From the NCBI GenBank assembly GCA_964556565.1, contig CAZKWF010000002.1:107499-163511 (forward strand): a stretch of DNA of 56,013 nt. The letters run 5' to 3'. This document shows, one piece after another, positions 1 to 10,233 of the stretch (its first letter is position 1; every line of letters starts with the position of its first letter). The notes under the pieces are model-generated. The model saw only the letters and a list, made by a program, of their open reading frames with translations, did no database searches and was not told where the DNA came from. The position numbers were made by a program, and so were the translations under genes. This stretch comes from an uncultured Candidatus Bathyarchaeia archaeon. Lineage in GTDB: Archaea > Thermoproteota > Bathyarchaeia > Bathyarchaeales > Bathyarchaeaceae.

Positions 1-361
1 TCTGTAAAACCGTGTCGAAAGAACCATGCACAGCACCGATATCCGCCACAACCCAACTTGTCTTTTCCTTCACACCCATTTTCTCTGCGTTTTTCAACGC
101 TATTTTTACGGCTACTTTGTCTAGGTCGACGCCGACAGCTTCCTTTGCTCCAAGAAGAACCGCGCCAATCGCTAATCTCCCAGTGCCACAACCCAGATCA
201 ATAATTGTTTTGTCTATAATATCGTCATAGATGTACGTCGCCGTGTAGAGAATTTCTCCAGCGACTTCAGGAGGTATCGTGTATTGTTCCAAATAAGCTT
301 TAGGCGTCGGATGGGGTGCGATCTCTAACAATGCTTTTTCTAAGTCTAGCTTCCGAACCAT
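1..361 (-). CDS. METTL5-like RNA methyltransferase (partial, runs off window start)
   Basis: Not in the ORF track. ATG at 361 overlaps the dph2 3' end and reads MVRKLDLEKALLEIAPHPTPKAYLEQYTIP...IIDLGCGTGRLAIGAVLLGA, with the family LEQY motif and SAM-binding motif I. Confidence 0.85.
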   Translation of the reverse strand, partial: MVRKLDLEKALLEIAPHPTPKAYLEQYTIPPEVAGEILYTATYIYDDIIDKTIIDLGCGTGRLAIGAVLLGAKEAVGVDLDKVAVKIALKNAEKMGVKEKTSWVVADIGAVHGSFDTVLQ

Positions 362-1347
362 CCTTTTCTGCATAATTCTTTCCAGCTTATTTCTTCCAGC
401 ATAACGAGTGTTTCATTGAACGTTAGAACGGGTGTGCGAAAGCTTAGTGTGTCATCTAGAGAGATGCGGGGGCAAGCGGTATTTACGTACGCGTCTATGT
501 CAAGGAACTGCATAAGCCCACTTGGTGTGACCTCTCTTACTGCAAGCAAGGTTGCTTTCTTCCCGTTCTTCTCCAGTTTTTCTTTCATTTCAAGGGCTTT
601 TCCAACTCTTTTCTGACCAGTTTTTAGGCCAATTAGCACTCCGAAGGTTTCTGCTTCTTTTGCTTCACTAATGCTTGCCCATCGCTTTTTAAGTATCCTT
701 AAAACTTCGTCATGAATGGAATAGGCTCTTTTTTCATAGGGATCAGCAATTATTGTGGGCTTTCCGGTGGTTAACTCTACACCGATAGCATGGAATCTGC
801 CTCCTCCTAGGAAAAGGAATGCCTCAACATCTTTTGAAATCGATTGGGCGTTGCTGAAATCACAGCCGATCACTTGTCCAGCGTATTTTGATTGTCCAGC
901 ATCTCCGATCGCGACTGTTTTTCCTGCTTTCAGAAGCAATTCTCTTGCTTCGTTGAGCACATGGGCGTGTTGAACTGTGGTTGTTAATCCGATGCTTGTA
1001 TAATCTTCAAGTAGTCGTATTGCTTTTTTCACTGCGCCTTTGATGCTGATTTTTGCCCTCGCTTCAATGTACAGCGTTTGCATCCGTTTCTGTTTCATCA
1101 TTTCACTGTGGCCATAATGTACAATCAAGTCTACATCTAGACTTTCAGCATCAAGCGTGGCTAAATCACAGGCGCCATAACATGGATCAGCCGAAACAAT
1201 TGCAACTGCTCCAGTCTTTTCGATTACAGCTGCAAGTCTTGAACCTTCTTGTTTTAATCCTTCAGGAAGCTGAATAAGAACCCGCCTTGCTTCAAGCCTT
1301 TCTATTTCCTCCTTTACTCTCTCTTCTTCAAAATCGAATTTTTTCAT
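346..1347 (-). CDS. dph2: Diphthamide biosynthesis enzyme Dph2
   Basis: QLPEGLK, CYGACD, IGCDFS and ACPRIS motifs, with the three Fe-S cysteines. Confidence 0.95.
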   Translation of the reverse strand: MKKFDFEEERVKEEIERLEARRVLIQLPEGLKQEGSRLAAVIEKTGAVAIVSADPCYGACDLATLDAESLDVDLIVHYGHSEMMKQKRMQTLYIEARAKISIKGAVKKAIRLLEDYTSIGLTTTVQHAHVLNEARELLLKAGKTVAIGDAGQSKYAGQVIGCDFSNAQSISKDVEAFLFLGGGRFHAIGVELTTGKPTIIADPYEKRAYSIHDEVLRILKKRWASISEAKEAETFGVLIGLKTGQKRVGKALEMKEKLEKNGKKATLLAVREVTPSGLMQFLDIDAYVNTACPRISLDDTLSFRTPVLTFNETLVMLEEISWKELCRKGWFGS

Positions 1348-1645
1348 AAGAACACACTCAAATCATCAGGACGAAAAATATTCACTTGAAAGAAATAAAT
1401 GATATTGCAAAAAAGGGCAATTGAGTGTAAGCATTTCACCACCATTCAGGGTTTTGGTTGAGTTTCCCACACCAAACCAGCTCGACTTGTTATATCCTCT
1501 CACAAGAGTTGTCAAATGACACAATGCATCACCCTCGTCAGCAATCACTACTGTAACTGTCGGCTATACCACGCCACATTGTATGCATGCAGTTTTGTGC
1601 CGCCTCAAGTCTTCTATATTTTTCAATTGCACCTGCGCGATGAAA

Positions 1646-4246
1646 TTAACTTGTCTCAGATAATTTCTTTATCAAATAATTAGCATTGACTTCGCTTACT
1701 ACTAAATCTCTGGAAATCTTTACAGGATCTTTGTCACGTTTTTCTATAAGACCCATCAAGTCATCTTCTATTTCTTTCACAACCAACAGAGTTTCAACAA
1801 CTTTGTCAGGGTTGACACCGATTGAATCAAGATGTACTACGAGGAATTTTATGAAATCTTTTCCCAAATCACTCGGTGCTTGTCCACAGATACCAACAGA
1901 ACGAACAGGTTCCATAGAATGGGCTCCTTCACACAACATCTCTATAGCCTTTTTCACTGCGGGATTTGACTCATCAAATTCCCATGCCAAGACCTCAGAA
2001 TCCCTGTCGATAGCCAGAGTCAGTTGGGTTAAATCGTTACTACCTATGCTGAAGCCATCGCAATAGGCGCCAAACTTTTTGGGAGTGATACAAATGCTAG
2101 GAACCTCTGCCATGAAAATCATTCTTGGCATTTTCAAGTTGGCTTCTTCGAAGCCTTTCCTAATCATATCAGTGACTTTTTCAGCTTCGTCGGTCGTCCT
2201 TACAAATGGAACCATTGGTATAGCATTAGTCAGATTCGATTTATGAACTCCAGTGAAAGCTTTTAGTTCCAGATTGAATGCTTCAGCAAAAAGTTCACTG
2301 ATGTATCTTGAAGCTCCTCTGAACCCGAGCATCGGGTTATTCTCCACAAACTCCAGCTCGATTTTATTACATTCAATCTTGTTTGAGTCGCAAATTGGAC
2401 ATCTATCTTGTTTTAATAACGATATACTTTTGCCACAATCGCAAACGATCTCATAATGCGAGGCTCCAGGGAGTCCGGAATACTCATTCGTCTTGAAATC
2501 ACTGAATCTAACTATTATGTTTCTTGGATGAAATGCAGAAGCAATTATCGAAATTCCAGTCTTGAGTCTTTCTACATATTCTTGAGAAAGAGATCTTATT
2601 CCCGGATATTTTTGTTTCATGTCATCGGCCCATCTATCGTAGCCAAGTCTATCAGCCTTCAAAGCAAAAACAGGATGCATATCTGTACTAGCAACTATGA
2701 ATTCTATTCTGACCAAAGAACTCCCTTTTGAAGGTAATTGACTTACTTTCAGGGCTTCATCTGGAGAACCTATATTCACCAGAACTTTAGTAATAGTCTC
2801 AGGGATTTCTTTCAACTCTACTTCTTGCACTTCGAACGGCAAGACTTTGCTGTAAATTCTAGCCTCTCCTAAAGAGCAGTCGAGAGTAATCTCGTCTCCA
2901 TCTTTTAGTTTGAGGGCGTTAGAAACGCTCACAGCACATGGTATTCCTCTTTCTCTCGAAACGATAGCCGCGTGTGAGGTTCTGTTCCCTCTCTCACATA
3001 TTATTCCAGAGACTTTTTCTAGATTCATCACGACTTCCCAATCAGGAGTAGTCATGGAAGTTACTAGTATAGGTCTTATTCCTTTGTCATTCTGGGTCTC
3101 AACTTGCCTTTTCGCTTCGGTGTGATCCAAGGCTTTAACAACTGAGCCTATTGCGATTTTTGTTCCTACGGCTATACCAGTATGGGTCGGTTCTATTTTT
3201 GGCGTCCCTTTAAGTTTATACAGAGTCAGAGTTGTTCTCGTGGCATGAACGGTTTCAGGTCGAGCTTGGGTAATGTGCACTTTCCCATTCTCAACTGCAA
3301 ACTCAATGTCCATCGGTTTGCCGTATGCCTCTTCAATTCTTGTTACAAACTCTGCAACTTGTTTTGCTTCGCCCAATGTTAAGACTCTTGGATCATCGGC
3401 TTTTACAGGGACTTCAATATTCTTTCCAGTTTTAGAATCAAAAATGAGCATCTTTCTTTGTGGCTTTAGAGGAGCTATTGTACCGAGCACTTTCACTTCA
3501 GGTTTTTTAATGAAAGCTGTCCAAGGAGCGTTCTCTTTTCCTTGAACTATCATTTCTCCAAGACCATAAACTGCTTGGATGACGCCAACGTTTCTATTAC
3601 CGGTGTCAGGATCTATGGAAAAGGCAACTCCAGCCTTTTCAGAGTCAATCATGACTTGAATTATAACAGACAAGATTCCTTCCTTAACGAGTTCGACTTC
3701 AGAAATGTCTAGAAGGCGTTTTTTTCTCAAATCATTTCTGTAGTCTACGACCCTCCAACCATAAGCAGATGCAATGCATTTTAACACGTATTTAGTCACG
3801 TTGGAGTCAAGTGGAACATTCAGGTAAGTTTCGAATTGACCGGCAAAGGCAGCAGTAGGTAAGTCTTCAGTAACACCAGAACTCCTAACAGCAACTCTGT
3901 GTCTTTTTGTATCTCGTCTCATAGAGTTAACTCTGTCGATGAGAGCATTGGATAGTTCTTCGGGTACTTCCATGTTTTTAATTTCTTTTTCTATTCTAGC
4001 TGCGATTTTTTCTGCAGTTTTCTCATCGCCTTTAGTGAGTTTTTCGTCTAATTCTTCAACCGATTCAATTATTTTCTCATTATTTAGTAGAACTTTAGAG
4101 AATTGGGTGGTAACCATGATTGAGTGAGGTACATTTTCTTCGCCTACGATTCCCACTAGTTTAGCTAGGTTAGATCCTTTTCCACCCGTTACCCTCCCAT
4201 CAGAGGCAGATGGATCGTTAATATCTACAACGTAATTCATTTTCAC
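1646..4246 (-). CDS. ppsA: Phosphoenolpyruvate synthase (pyruvate, water dikinase) with zinc-ribbon-like insertion
   Basis: GGKGSNL, RSS..EDL..AAFAGQFETYLNV, phospho-His RTSHAAIVSRE, RFSDFKTNEY, NPMLGFRGASRY, GICGQAPSD. GTG start overlaps the rpl10e stop (GTGA). Confidence 0.93.
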   Translation of the reverse strand: MKMNYVVDINDPSASDGRVTGGKGSNLAKLVGIVGEENVPHSIMVTTQFSKVLLNNEKIIESVEELDEKLTKGDEKTAEKIAARIEKEIKNMEVPEELSNALIDRVNSMRRDTKRHRVAVRSSGVTEDLPTAAFAGQFETYLNVPLDSNVTKYVLKCIASAYGWRVVDYRNDLRKKRLLDISEVELVKEGILSVIIQVMIDSEKAGVAFSIDPDTGNRNVGVIQAVYGLGEMIVQGKENAPWTAFIKKPEVKVLGTIAPLKPQRKMLIFDSKTGKNIEVPVKADDPRVLTLGEAKQVAEFVTRIEEAYGKPMDIEFAVENGKVHITQARPETVHATRTTLTLYKLKGTPKIEPTHTGIAVGTKIAIGSVVKALDHTEAKRQVETQNDKGIRPILVTSMTTPDWEVVMNLEKVSGIICERGNRTSHAAIVSRERGIPCAVSVSNALKLKDGDEITLDCSLGEARIYSKVLPFEVQEVELKEIPETITKVLVNIGSPDEALKVSQLPSKGSSLVRIEFIVASTDMHPVFALKADRLGYDRWADDMKQKYPGIRSLSQEYVERLKTGISIIASAFHPRNIIVRFSDFKTNEYSGLPGASHYEIVCDCGKSISLLKQDRCPICDSNKIECNKIELEFVENNPMLGFRGASRYISELFAEAFNLELKAFTGVHKSNLTNAIPMVPFVRTTDEAEKVTDMIRKGFEEANLKMPRMIFMAEVPSICITPKKFGAYCDGFSIGSNDLTQLTLAIDRDSEVLAWEFDESNPAVKKAIEMLCEGAHSMEPVRSVGICGQAPSDLGKDFIKFLVVHLDSIGVNPDKVVETLLVVKEIEDDLMGLIEKRDKDPVKISRDLVVSEVNANYLIKKLSETS

Positions 4247-4746
4247 TCTTCTTCTAGTCCTTTCTCAATAAACACCTTACAGGGCGTTGGTAATTTGGCG
4301 CCCCCACGCTTTAACGCTTCTTTTGCAACTTCAATGCCAGCCTCATTTACATTTACTATTATAACCGCCTGGTTTGGTTTCACTCGTGCAGCCGTTCCTA
4401 TGGGCTTGCCGAAGGATCTTTTCATCCCATCTTGCAGTCGATCTGCGTGTGCTCCAAAGATCATTTTGTTTTCTCGAAGTACAATATGTGGGTACGGCAG
4501 GATTTGTAAGCAGTAGTTTTTCCCCAATTTTTCCGATAGCAAACGATTGGTTGCTACACGGGCTGCCTCTAACGCGTTGTGGCGTACTTGGACTTCTCTT
4601 TGGGCGATCAAAGAGGCTTGATACTCAAAACTACTCGCAGGGTCGCCCATGGTGAATTTGGTAATTTTCGGCGCGGGAAAGCCTCGCATATACTTCTTTC
4701 TCGTATAGGATTGGCCTTTCACCTTTCGATAATTGCGTGCCTTCAT
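4243..4746 (-). CDS. rpl10e: 50S ribosomal protein L10e/uL16
   Basis: YTRKKYMRGFP, QVRHNALEAAR, DGMKRSFGKPIG, KLPTPC. Confidence 0.97.
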   Translation of the reverse strand: MKARNYRKVKGQSYTRKKYMRGFPAPKITKFTMGDPASSFEYQASLIAQREVQVRHNALEAARVATNRLLSEKLGKNYCLQILPYPHIVLRENKMIFGAHADRLQDGMKRSFGKPIGTAARVKPNQAVIIVNVNEAGIEVAKEALKRGGAKLPTPCKVFIEKGLEEE

Positions 4747-4857
4747 GGCTTTTCCCCTCAGCTTACAAAGTCCGAGGTATTTAAAGAATTTGTTAGCACT
4801 ATTCTTTATTAGAATTATGAATCCATGATGCTGTTAGCTTATCTGTCAGGTGGTTCT

Positions 4858-5343
4858 TCATTGTCTGTCGTATTTTTCCACTTCGTCGTTCATTACAACG
4901 AGTCCGATTCCTGCGTCCTTGAACATTTTCACAGTATCTGCTTCAGCGTGATAATGTTTTTCTGCAACCACATGTTTGATGCCAGAATTGATAATCATCA
5001 TTGCACAGGACCTGCATGGAACCATTTTGCAGTAAAGCGTCGCTCCGTCTATAGATACCCCGAACTTTGCAGCTTGGATTATCGCATTTTGTTCTGCGTG
5101 CAATGTTCGTACACAATGTTGAGTAACATTTCTAGCGTCGTCAAAAACCTTACGCATGTCATGTCCAATTTCATCACAATGGGGCAATCCTGCAGGCGAA
5201 CCGACGTATCCTGTAGTTAGAATTCTTTTGTCTTTTACGATCACGCATCCGCTTCTGCCTCTATCACACGTCGCTCGTTTTGAGACAGCTTCACATAGAT
5301 CAAGGAAATACCTGTGCCAACTTGGTCTCTTGCACTCTTCCAT
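4858..5343 (-). CDS. dCMP deaminase (ComEB-like cytidine/deoxycytidylate deaminase)
   Basis: RATCDRGRSG, TGYVGSP, HAEQNAI and PCRSC zinc-deaminase motifs. Start placed at MEECKRPSW; the ORF track extends to 5457. Confidence 0.88.
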   Translation of the reverse strand: MEECKRPSWHRYFLDLCEAVSKRATCDRGRSGCVIVKDKRILTTGYVGSPAGLPHCDEIGHDMRKVFDDARNVTQHCVRTLHAEQNAIIQAAKFGVSIDGATLYCKMVPCRSCAMMIINSGIKHVVAEKHYHAEADTVKMFKDAGIGLVVMNDEVEKYDRQ

Positions 5344-5463
5344 GTTTCTGCACATCGATTTGGAGTTATGATGCGTGCCTTGACCAAGCAATAATATGTA
5401 CTCGTATTTATACTTCTTTTCAGAACGTAGGTCACTTTCGAGTTTTGCAGCCGACAATGCAGC

Positions 5464-5910
5464 TCATTTTTGCTCTTTTTCTCTCTCTAACAACAAATGC
5501 TCCTTCAGGAACCCGTGTTTCTTGTACAGACGTATCGCTCGCTTGTTTTCTTTCTCGGTTCCTACATGGAGTTCCATGATTCCCATTTTATCAGTCTGCT
5601 TGATCACCTCTTTCAGCAGTTTTGAACCTATGCCCCTGCCTTGGTAGTCTTTGTGGATGAAAAAGTAGTTGATGGTTGCCTCATTCCATTTCTCCCAAAC
5701 AGACGGTAGAATGTAATAGTCGATGAAACCAACGATTTTGCGGTTTAGCTCAGCCACAAGGATTACGTAGTTTTCGGTTGCTAAAAGTTTCTGCAACGCT
5801 TTTCTAGCCCAAGCCTCATCTTGCAGATAAATCGTCTTTAATACCTCAATTATTCCGCTAAAGTCGTCGCTTGAGGCTTCCCGTATGACCAAATCTTTTG
5901 TATGTTTCAT
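5464..5910 (-). CDS. GNAT-family N-acetyltransferase
   Basis: IHKDYQGRGIGSKLL acetyl-CoA motif A and NKRAIRLYKKHGF. Confidence 0.9.
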   Translation of the reverse strand: MKHTKDLVIREASSDDFSGIIEVLKTIYLQDEAWARKALQKLLATENYVILVAELNRKIVGFIDYYILPSVWEKWNEATINYFFIHKDYQGRGIGSKLLKEVIKQTDKMGIMELHVGTEKENKRAIRLYKKHGFLKEHLLLEREKEQK

Positions 5911-5950
5911 AACCGTTCCTCTGAAAAGATGTTGTATTGTAACTTTAAGT

Positions 5951-6586
5951 TTATTTCACCGGGCGTTGCCTAGACTGACGCTCGGCTTGTATCACTATTA
6001 TTGTTTCAAATGCAACCTTCTTTTTAGCTATAATCATGGTTTTTAGTCCTTCTTCCTCGAGTTTTTGAACTGTCTCATCAACGTTGGAAAGAGTTGATTG
6101 AACTAAGACGATTTTGCCTTTTTCCGTCAAATAGCGTGGCGCCTGAGAAATAAACTGATCGCCAAGTTCTCTTCCAGAGGACCCTCCAGCCCAACTTCGT
6201 TCTATCCATGTTTTCTGTTCGCTTCTTTCTGAGGGTAGATATGGAGCGTTGAAAACTATCATGCTAAACTTTTCGTTTCCTTTTACGGGTTCAAAGAGGT
6301 TACCCAGCCGTATGTCCGATTTACCTGCGACCCCGTTGAGTTTTGCGTTCATTTGGGCACAACTAACTGCGTGAGGGTTCACGTCTATGGCGACCACTTT
6401 TTTCGCTTTTTTCGCCGCAAGAATCCCTATAATTCCACATCCTGTCCCCACATCCAGCACAACATCATTTTGGTTCACAACGAGGTTTTCAGCCAGAAGA
6501 AATGTGTCCTCGGCAGGTTCGTAGACGTCCTTCAAAACGTAAAAAGCATGGTTTTCGAAGAAAATTTTCTTCTTAGGCGAATTCAT
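5951..6586 (-). CDS. HemK2/N6AMT1-like methyltransferase
   Basis: VYEPAEDTFLL, VLDVGTGCG, FNAPY, WAGG..GRE. Conserved position next to rsmA. Confidence 0.9.
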   Translation of the reverse strand: MNSPKKKIFFENHAFYVLKDVYEPAEDTFLLAENLVVNQNDVVLDVGTGCGIIGILAAKKAKKVVAIDVNPHAVSCAQMNAKLNGVAGKSDIRLGNLFEPVKGNEKFSMIVFNAPYLPSERSEQKTWIERSWAGGSSGRELGDQFISQAPRYLTEKGKIVLVQSTLSNVDETVQKLEEEGLKTMIIAKKKVAFETIIVIQAERQSRQRPVK

Positions 6587-7385
6587 CGGCTAGAGCCCCA
6601 AAATCTTCTGGCGCCAATTGCCGCACTCTTTTGTCGTGAAAGAGTAGGGAATCTGCCCGTTTTGCCATGTCTTTTTTCTCTATTCCTCGATTGCGCAGAA
6701 AAGGAACAATTGCATTTCTCACTTTTTTGTTTCGTTGGGTAAACAATGTCCGTGTGAGTTCAAAAAAGATTTTTTCATCCCTCACTCGGAAAGGAGGCTT
6801 CCTAGGCTTCAACCGCACGACTATGGAGTCTACGTCTGGAGGTGGATAAAACATGTCTCGAGGCACGTAGTCTAGGAGCTCCGCTTCAGCTCGATAATAT
6901 GTAGAGACTGTTAGCCGCCCATAGTCTTTGCTGCCAACATGAGCTACCATTCTCTCCGCAAATTCCTTCTGAAAAGTCAAGGCGGCGCAGTCAAACGATC
7001 TTTCCAAAAGCCAAAACAAAATAGGAGATGAGATAGAATATGGAGGGGTGGAAATCATCTTGTCGAATGAAGGAACATTAACGCTTAGTATGTCTCCTTC
7101 TATCAAGTCCACGTTCTGCAACTCATGAAGTTGATCTTTTAATATCTTCACTAATTTGGAATCAACTTCGACGGCAACAACTCTTTTGCATTCTTGAGAA
7201 AGAAGTTCGGTGAGAAAGCCTAATCCAGCTCCCACTTCTAAAACAATGTCTCCCTTGTTTATAGACGCGTAAGAGATCATTCTCTGCAGAAGGGCACGGT
7301 TCACTGTAAAGTTTTGTCCTAGGCGTTTTTTGGGCGAAAGTTTGTGAATGTAGATGAGTCGTTTTGCCTGTTGAAGGAGGCTCAT
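6573..7385 (-). CDS. rsmA: 16S rRNA dimethyladenosine transferase KsgA/Dim1
   Basis: KKRLGQNF, VLEVGAGLGFLT, STPPYSIS, YGRLTV, FYPPPDVDS. Confidence 0.96.
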   Translation of the reverse strand: MSLLQQAKRLIYIHKLSPKKRLGQNFTVNRALLQRMISYASINKGDIVLEVGAGLGFLTELLSQECKRVVAVEVDSKLVKILKDQLHELQNVDLIEGDILSVNVPSFDKMISTPPYSISSPILFWLLERSFDCAALTFQKEFAERMVAHVGSKDYGRLTVSTYYRAEAELLDYVPRDMFYPPPDVDSIVVRLKPRKPPFRVRDEKIFFELTRTLFTQRNKKVRNAIVPFLRNRGIEKKDMAKRADSLLFHDKRVRQLAPEDFGALADEFA

Positions 7386-7396
7386 AGTTGTACCAA

Positions 7397-8008
7397 CTAC
7401 GGTGCTCTCGTGAACAATCTATATTTGCTTTCGCCGGGTAGTTCCTCTAAAATCCTCTTTGCCACGAGTTTAGCAGGGCTGGGTATGTTGGCGCGTTGCT
7501 GCAAGTCGTCAAAGTTTTCAAAGGGTTTTCTTTCTCGTTCATCGATAATTTGCCACATGTATTTTTTTCCGATGCCTGGAATCAATTCTAACGCGTGCAT
7601 CCTAGGTGTTAGCGCTTGAACCATGTTGAAGAAGTTGATAAACCAGCTTTCACGATTCAGCACAATTTTTTCCACTACGCTGAAAAGTTCCATTTTTGCA
7701 TTAGACGTCAACTCGTCATAGTTTATTCTCCCGATGATGTATGTGATCTTTTCACGGTTGCTTTTTCCAACATAGACCCGGTCATATGTCTTTAGAACAA
7801 CTCCTTCTTTTACGATTGCTTCAAGGAGTGTGAAAAATTCTTCACCGACTACTTGAGCTAGGGCGCCTGCTCGATATCTGTGTCTGGCTTCTGATCTTCC
7901 GTGAGGGAGATAGTCGAGGACGTATGCGTGTTCTTCATAACGTTTTGAGGGTTCGTATACCCTCTCGGTTCTCTCTTCTCTACGTCTTGAAAACTCGTTG
8001 CCCCGCAT
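7397..8008 (-). CDS. DUF655 family putative nucleic-acid-binding protein
   Basis: YEEHAYVLDYLPHG, EEFFTLLE, RMHALELIPGIGKK helix-hairpin-helix. Synteny with rpoF and rsmA; start uncertain (8008 or 8065). Confidence 0.88.
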   Translation of the reverse strand: MRGNEFSRRREERTERVYEPSKRYEEHAYVLDYLPHGRSEARHRYRAGALAQVVGEEFFTLLEAIVKEGVVLKTYDRVYVGKSNREKITYIIGRINYDELTSNAKMELFSVVEKIVLNRESWFINFFNMVQALTPRMHALELIPGIGKKYMWQIIDERERKPFENFDDLQQRANIPSPAKLVAKRILEELPGESKYRLFTRAP

Positions 8009-8287
8009 TTGAGTTTCACGCCTTATATCAACTACTTTTTCAGAAAGTCTGTTCTGGATTCGCACTTGTGGATGGTTGTTTTGCGGGGTTTGCTTTCCAA
8101 CGTTGCATCCTTCTTATGGTATAATATCCTTTACGAGTTCGCGTTTATTAGTTTTCTTACTTTTGAATACACTATTTCTTAGTGCATTCGGTTTTTCCCT
8201 AAAAATTTTATTCGAGCTTACGCAACAAGTCTTGCCATATCCACTTCTGGTTTGTTCGGTGGGTCGATTTCCCACTGTGCGAAACTT

Positions 8288-8626
8288 CTACTCTTTTTTT
8301 CGGTACTCATCTAAGAAGGCGAGTATTGCTTCTAGCTTGGAGGTTTCTACAATTTTATGTCCGCCAGCTAAAAAGACTCGAATCTCCTGTATGCTTTCAG
8401 GCATGCAGTTGACGACTTGAACAGCCTCTTCTTCTTCCAATTTAAACTGCTTCACAAGTTTTTTCACGATTTTTTCTGCAGTTTTAGCATCTACCTTGGA
8501 GAATTTTGCCGTGTAATCCAGCGATCTTCGTTGGAACTGATCAAGCTGTTCTTCGCCTATTGATTCTAGCATTTTCTTAACCTCTGGAATTGTGACTATA
8601 TGCTTCTTCGTTGTGTTTCTTGGCAT
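8288..8626 (-). CDS. rpoF: RNA polymerase subunit F (Rpo4)
   Basis: VTIPEVKKML, QRRSLDYTAKFSK, NCMPESIQEIRV. Follows rpl21e. Confidence 0.92.
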   Translation of the reverse strand: MPRNTTKKHIVTIPEVKKMLESIGEEQLDQFQRRSLDYTAKFSKVDAKTAEKIVKKLVKQFKLEEEEAVQVVNCMPESIQEIRVFLAGGHKIVETSKLEAILAFLDEYRKKE

Positions 8627-8629
8627 TTT

Positions 8630-8929
8630 TCATCCTCCTACATGAGGTTTTAGATGTTCTGGACGTACAATTATCTCTTTCACCGCTTTTCCCTGCGTGA
8701 CGTTTACGATGTATGCTCTGCCTTTTTTATCAGTTATGACGCCTATTCTTCCATGGAATCTTCGATGAGGCATGCCCTTATGAACGCTTGGATCAATCTT
8801 AACTACTACTTTCTCTCCCGGCTTATACTCGTAGAGTATTTTACTAAGACCCGTTTTTCCTCGTTCTCGAGGCTTTCTCTTCAAAAGGGAGCGAGTTTTC
8901 CTTTGATATCCTTTCGCTTTTCTTCCCAT
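8630..8929 (-). CDS. rpl21e: 50S ribosomal protein L21e
   Basis: KGYQRKTRSLL, IDPSVHKGMPHRRFHGRIG, VRPEHLK. Confidence 0.97.
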   Translation of the reverse strand: MGRKAKGYQRKTRSLLKRKPRERGKTGLSKILYEYKPGEKVVVKIDPSVHKGMPHRRFHGRIGVITDKKGRAYIVNVTQGKAVKEIIVRPEHLKPHVGG

Positions 8930-8931
8930 TT

Positions 8932-10233
8932 TCAAGATTCCCCCATAACGACGTTTAGAACGTCTAACTCGAGAGGTTTAGCCTTAGCGTTAACGATCTT
9001 AGTGACGTTGGGGTCGGTTCGACCTTCGTCGCCGGTTATTAATTCTTTAATGTAAAGTCCTCCTTGACAACGGATTCTCATTTCCACTCGGCTAGGCTTT
9101 AACCTCTTTATTTTCGTCGTATATATGTACTTTTCTCGAATGCGGTCTGCTCTTCTGTGCAGGACACGTAGAGGGGTTTGCTGATGAACAAGTAGATTGG
9201 TAAGCGTTTTCTCTAGAGCCTCTAACTCTTCATCAGAGATTTTTCTATCAAACTCGACGATTGTCTTGTAGATTTTTTGTGCTGCCTCCGCTTTCTTTAA
9301 TTTTCTAACCATATTTCTCTCAGTGACTTGCAGATTAAGAACTTTCACTTTGCCCTCTGCCTGTTTATTGATTGTTCGCGCAAGATTTCGTAAGCTTATA
9401 AATCGTTTTTTAGGCTTTTTGACTTCTATAATGAAAGGTCTTCCAGACCCCAGCATGCGAGCATCGACATCTTCTCGCCCAGCCGCATGAAATGCGGTCC
9501 CTGCTCCACAGGTTTTTTGTAATGTTGGTCCTGCGATGATTTCTTCAACCGATTCTGAGTACGTTTTTCCTGTTCCGTTGCATCGTGGGCACCCTTTTCC
9601 TCTACATTCAGAGCAAAGCCATTTTGACTGCGGTATTCCTCGGGTCAGCTTTTTGTATTTACCCATGATACACAGTGGATTTACTTGGAGTGTGACTTGT
9701 TTGGTGAATGGGTTGACGAGGACTACAACTTCTGGCTTTGCGTATTCCGCTGTTTTTTGTATAATTTCTGAGAGTTTCTTACCGATGTTACGGCTAAATT
9801 CGTTCCTCATGCTTTCTCCGTGTTTCACCGCAAACTCAGCCTTAAACTCGTCTTCCCTTTCCTCCACTTCGGCTGGTAGTTCTATGCCTACCAAGAATGT
9901 GTCATACTCGTAGTCCTGCAATTTTTCCACTGAACTGTCTACTAATTCTTGTAAGAGTTCAAATTGGCCCTCACAGAGATGGCACTCCCGCTTTTTTCCG
10001 ATCCTTTTTTTCATTTTTCTTAATATTTCGGCAGCCATATCGAAGGATCCATTGGTTGCCATTGTTTTGAGGAGCAAGACCCCTGCTTTCTCCCCCACGA
10101 GCGCTAATTGGTGACCCTTCAGGGTTAACATTAGCTTGAGAGCTTCACCTCGTTTTTTGTTGTCTACTCCGTAGCCTAGGAGAGCAAATTGTCTCCCTAA
10201 GCAATGGTTGCAGAGGGGATGTTTCTCAAGCAT
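8932..10233 (-). CDS. pus10: tRNA pseudouridine(54/55) synthase Pus10
   Basis: LCNHCLGRQFA, AAGREDVDARMLGSGRPF with catalytic Asp, GGLYIKELITGD. The frame is open upstream to a possible ACG start at 10260. Confidence 0.95.
   Translation of the reverse strand: MLEKHPLCNHCLGRQFALLGYGVDNKKRGEALKLMLTLKGHQLALVGEKAGVLLLKTMATNGSFDMAAEILRKMKKRIGKKRECHLCEGQFELLQELVDSSVEKLQDYEYDTFLVGIELPAEVEEREDEFKAEFAVKHGESMRNEFSRNIGKKLSEIIQKTAEYAKPEVVVLVNPFTKQVTLQVNPLCIMGKYKKLTRGIPQSKWLCSECRGKGCPRCNGTGKTYSESVEEIIAGPTLQKTCGAGTAFHAAGREDVDARMLGSGRPFIIEVKKPKKRFISLRNLARTINKQAEGKVKVLNLQVTERNMVRKLKKAEAAQKIYKTIVEFDRKISDEELEALEKTLTNLLVHQQTPLRVLHRRADRIREKYIYTTKIKRLKPSRVEMRIRCQGGLYIKELITGDEGRTDPNVTKIVNAKAKPLELDVLNVVMGES

Noticed and set aside
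1366-1626. TAG-interrupted frame MKNIEDLRRHKTACIQCGVV*PTVTVVIADEGDALC (amber at 1564-1566), considered as a pyrrolysine-readthrough zinc finger
   Set aside because: The second Cys pair is incomplete, there are no pyl genes in the window and no recognisable family. More likely non-coding or decayed.
8219-8280. GTGGG-TCGATTT-CCCAC hairpin resembling a tRNA T-arm after rpoF
   Set aside because: No acceptor, D or anticodon arms around it; probably an intergenic stem-loop.
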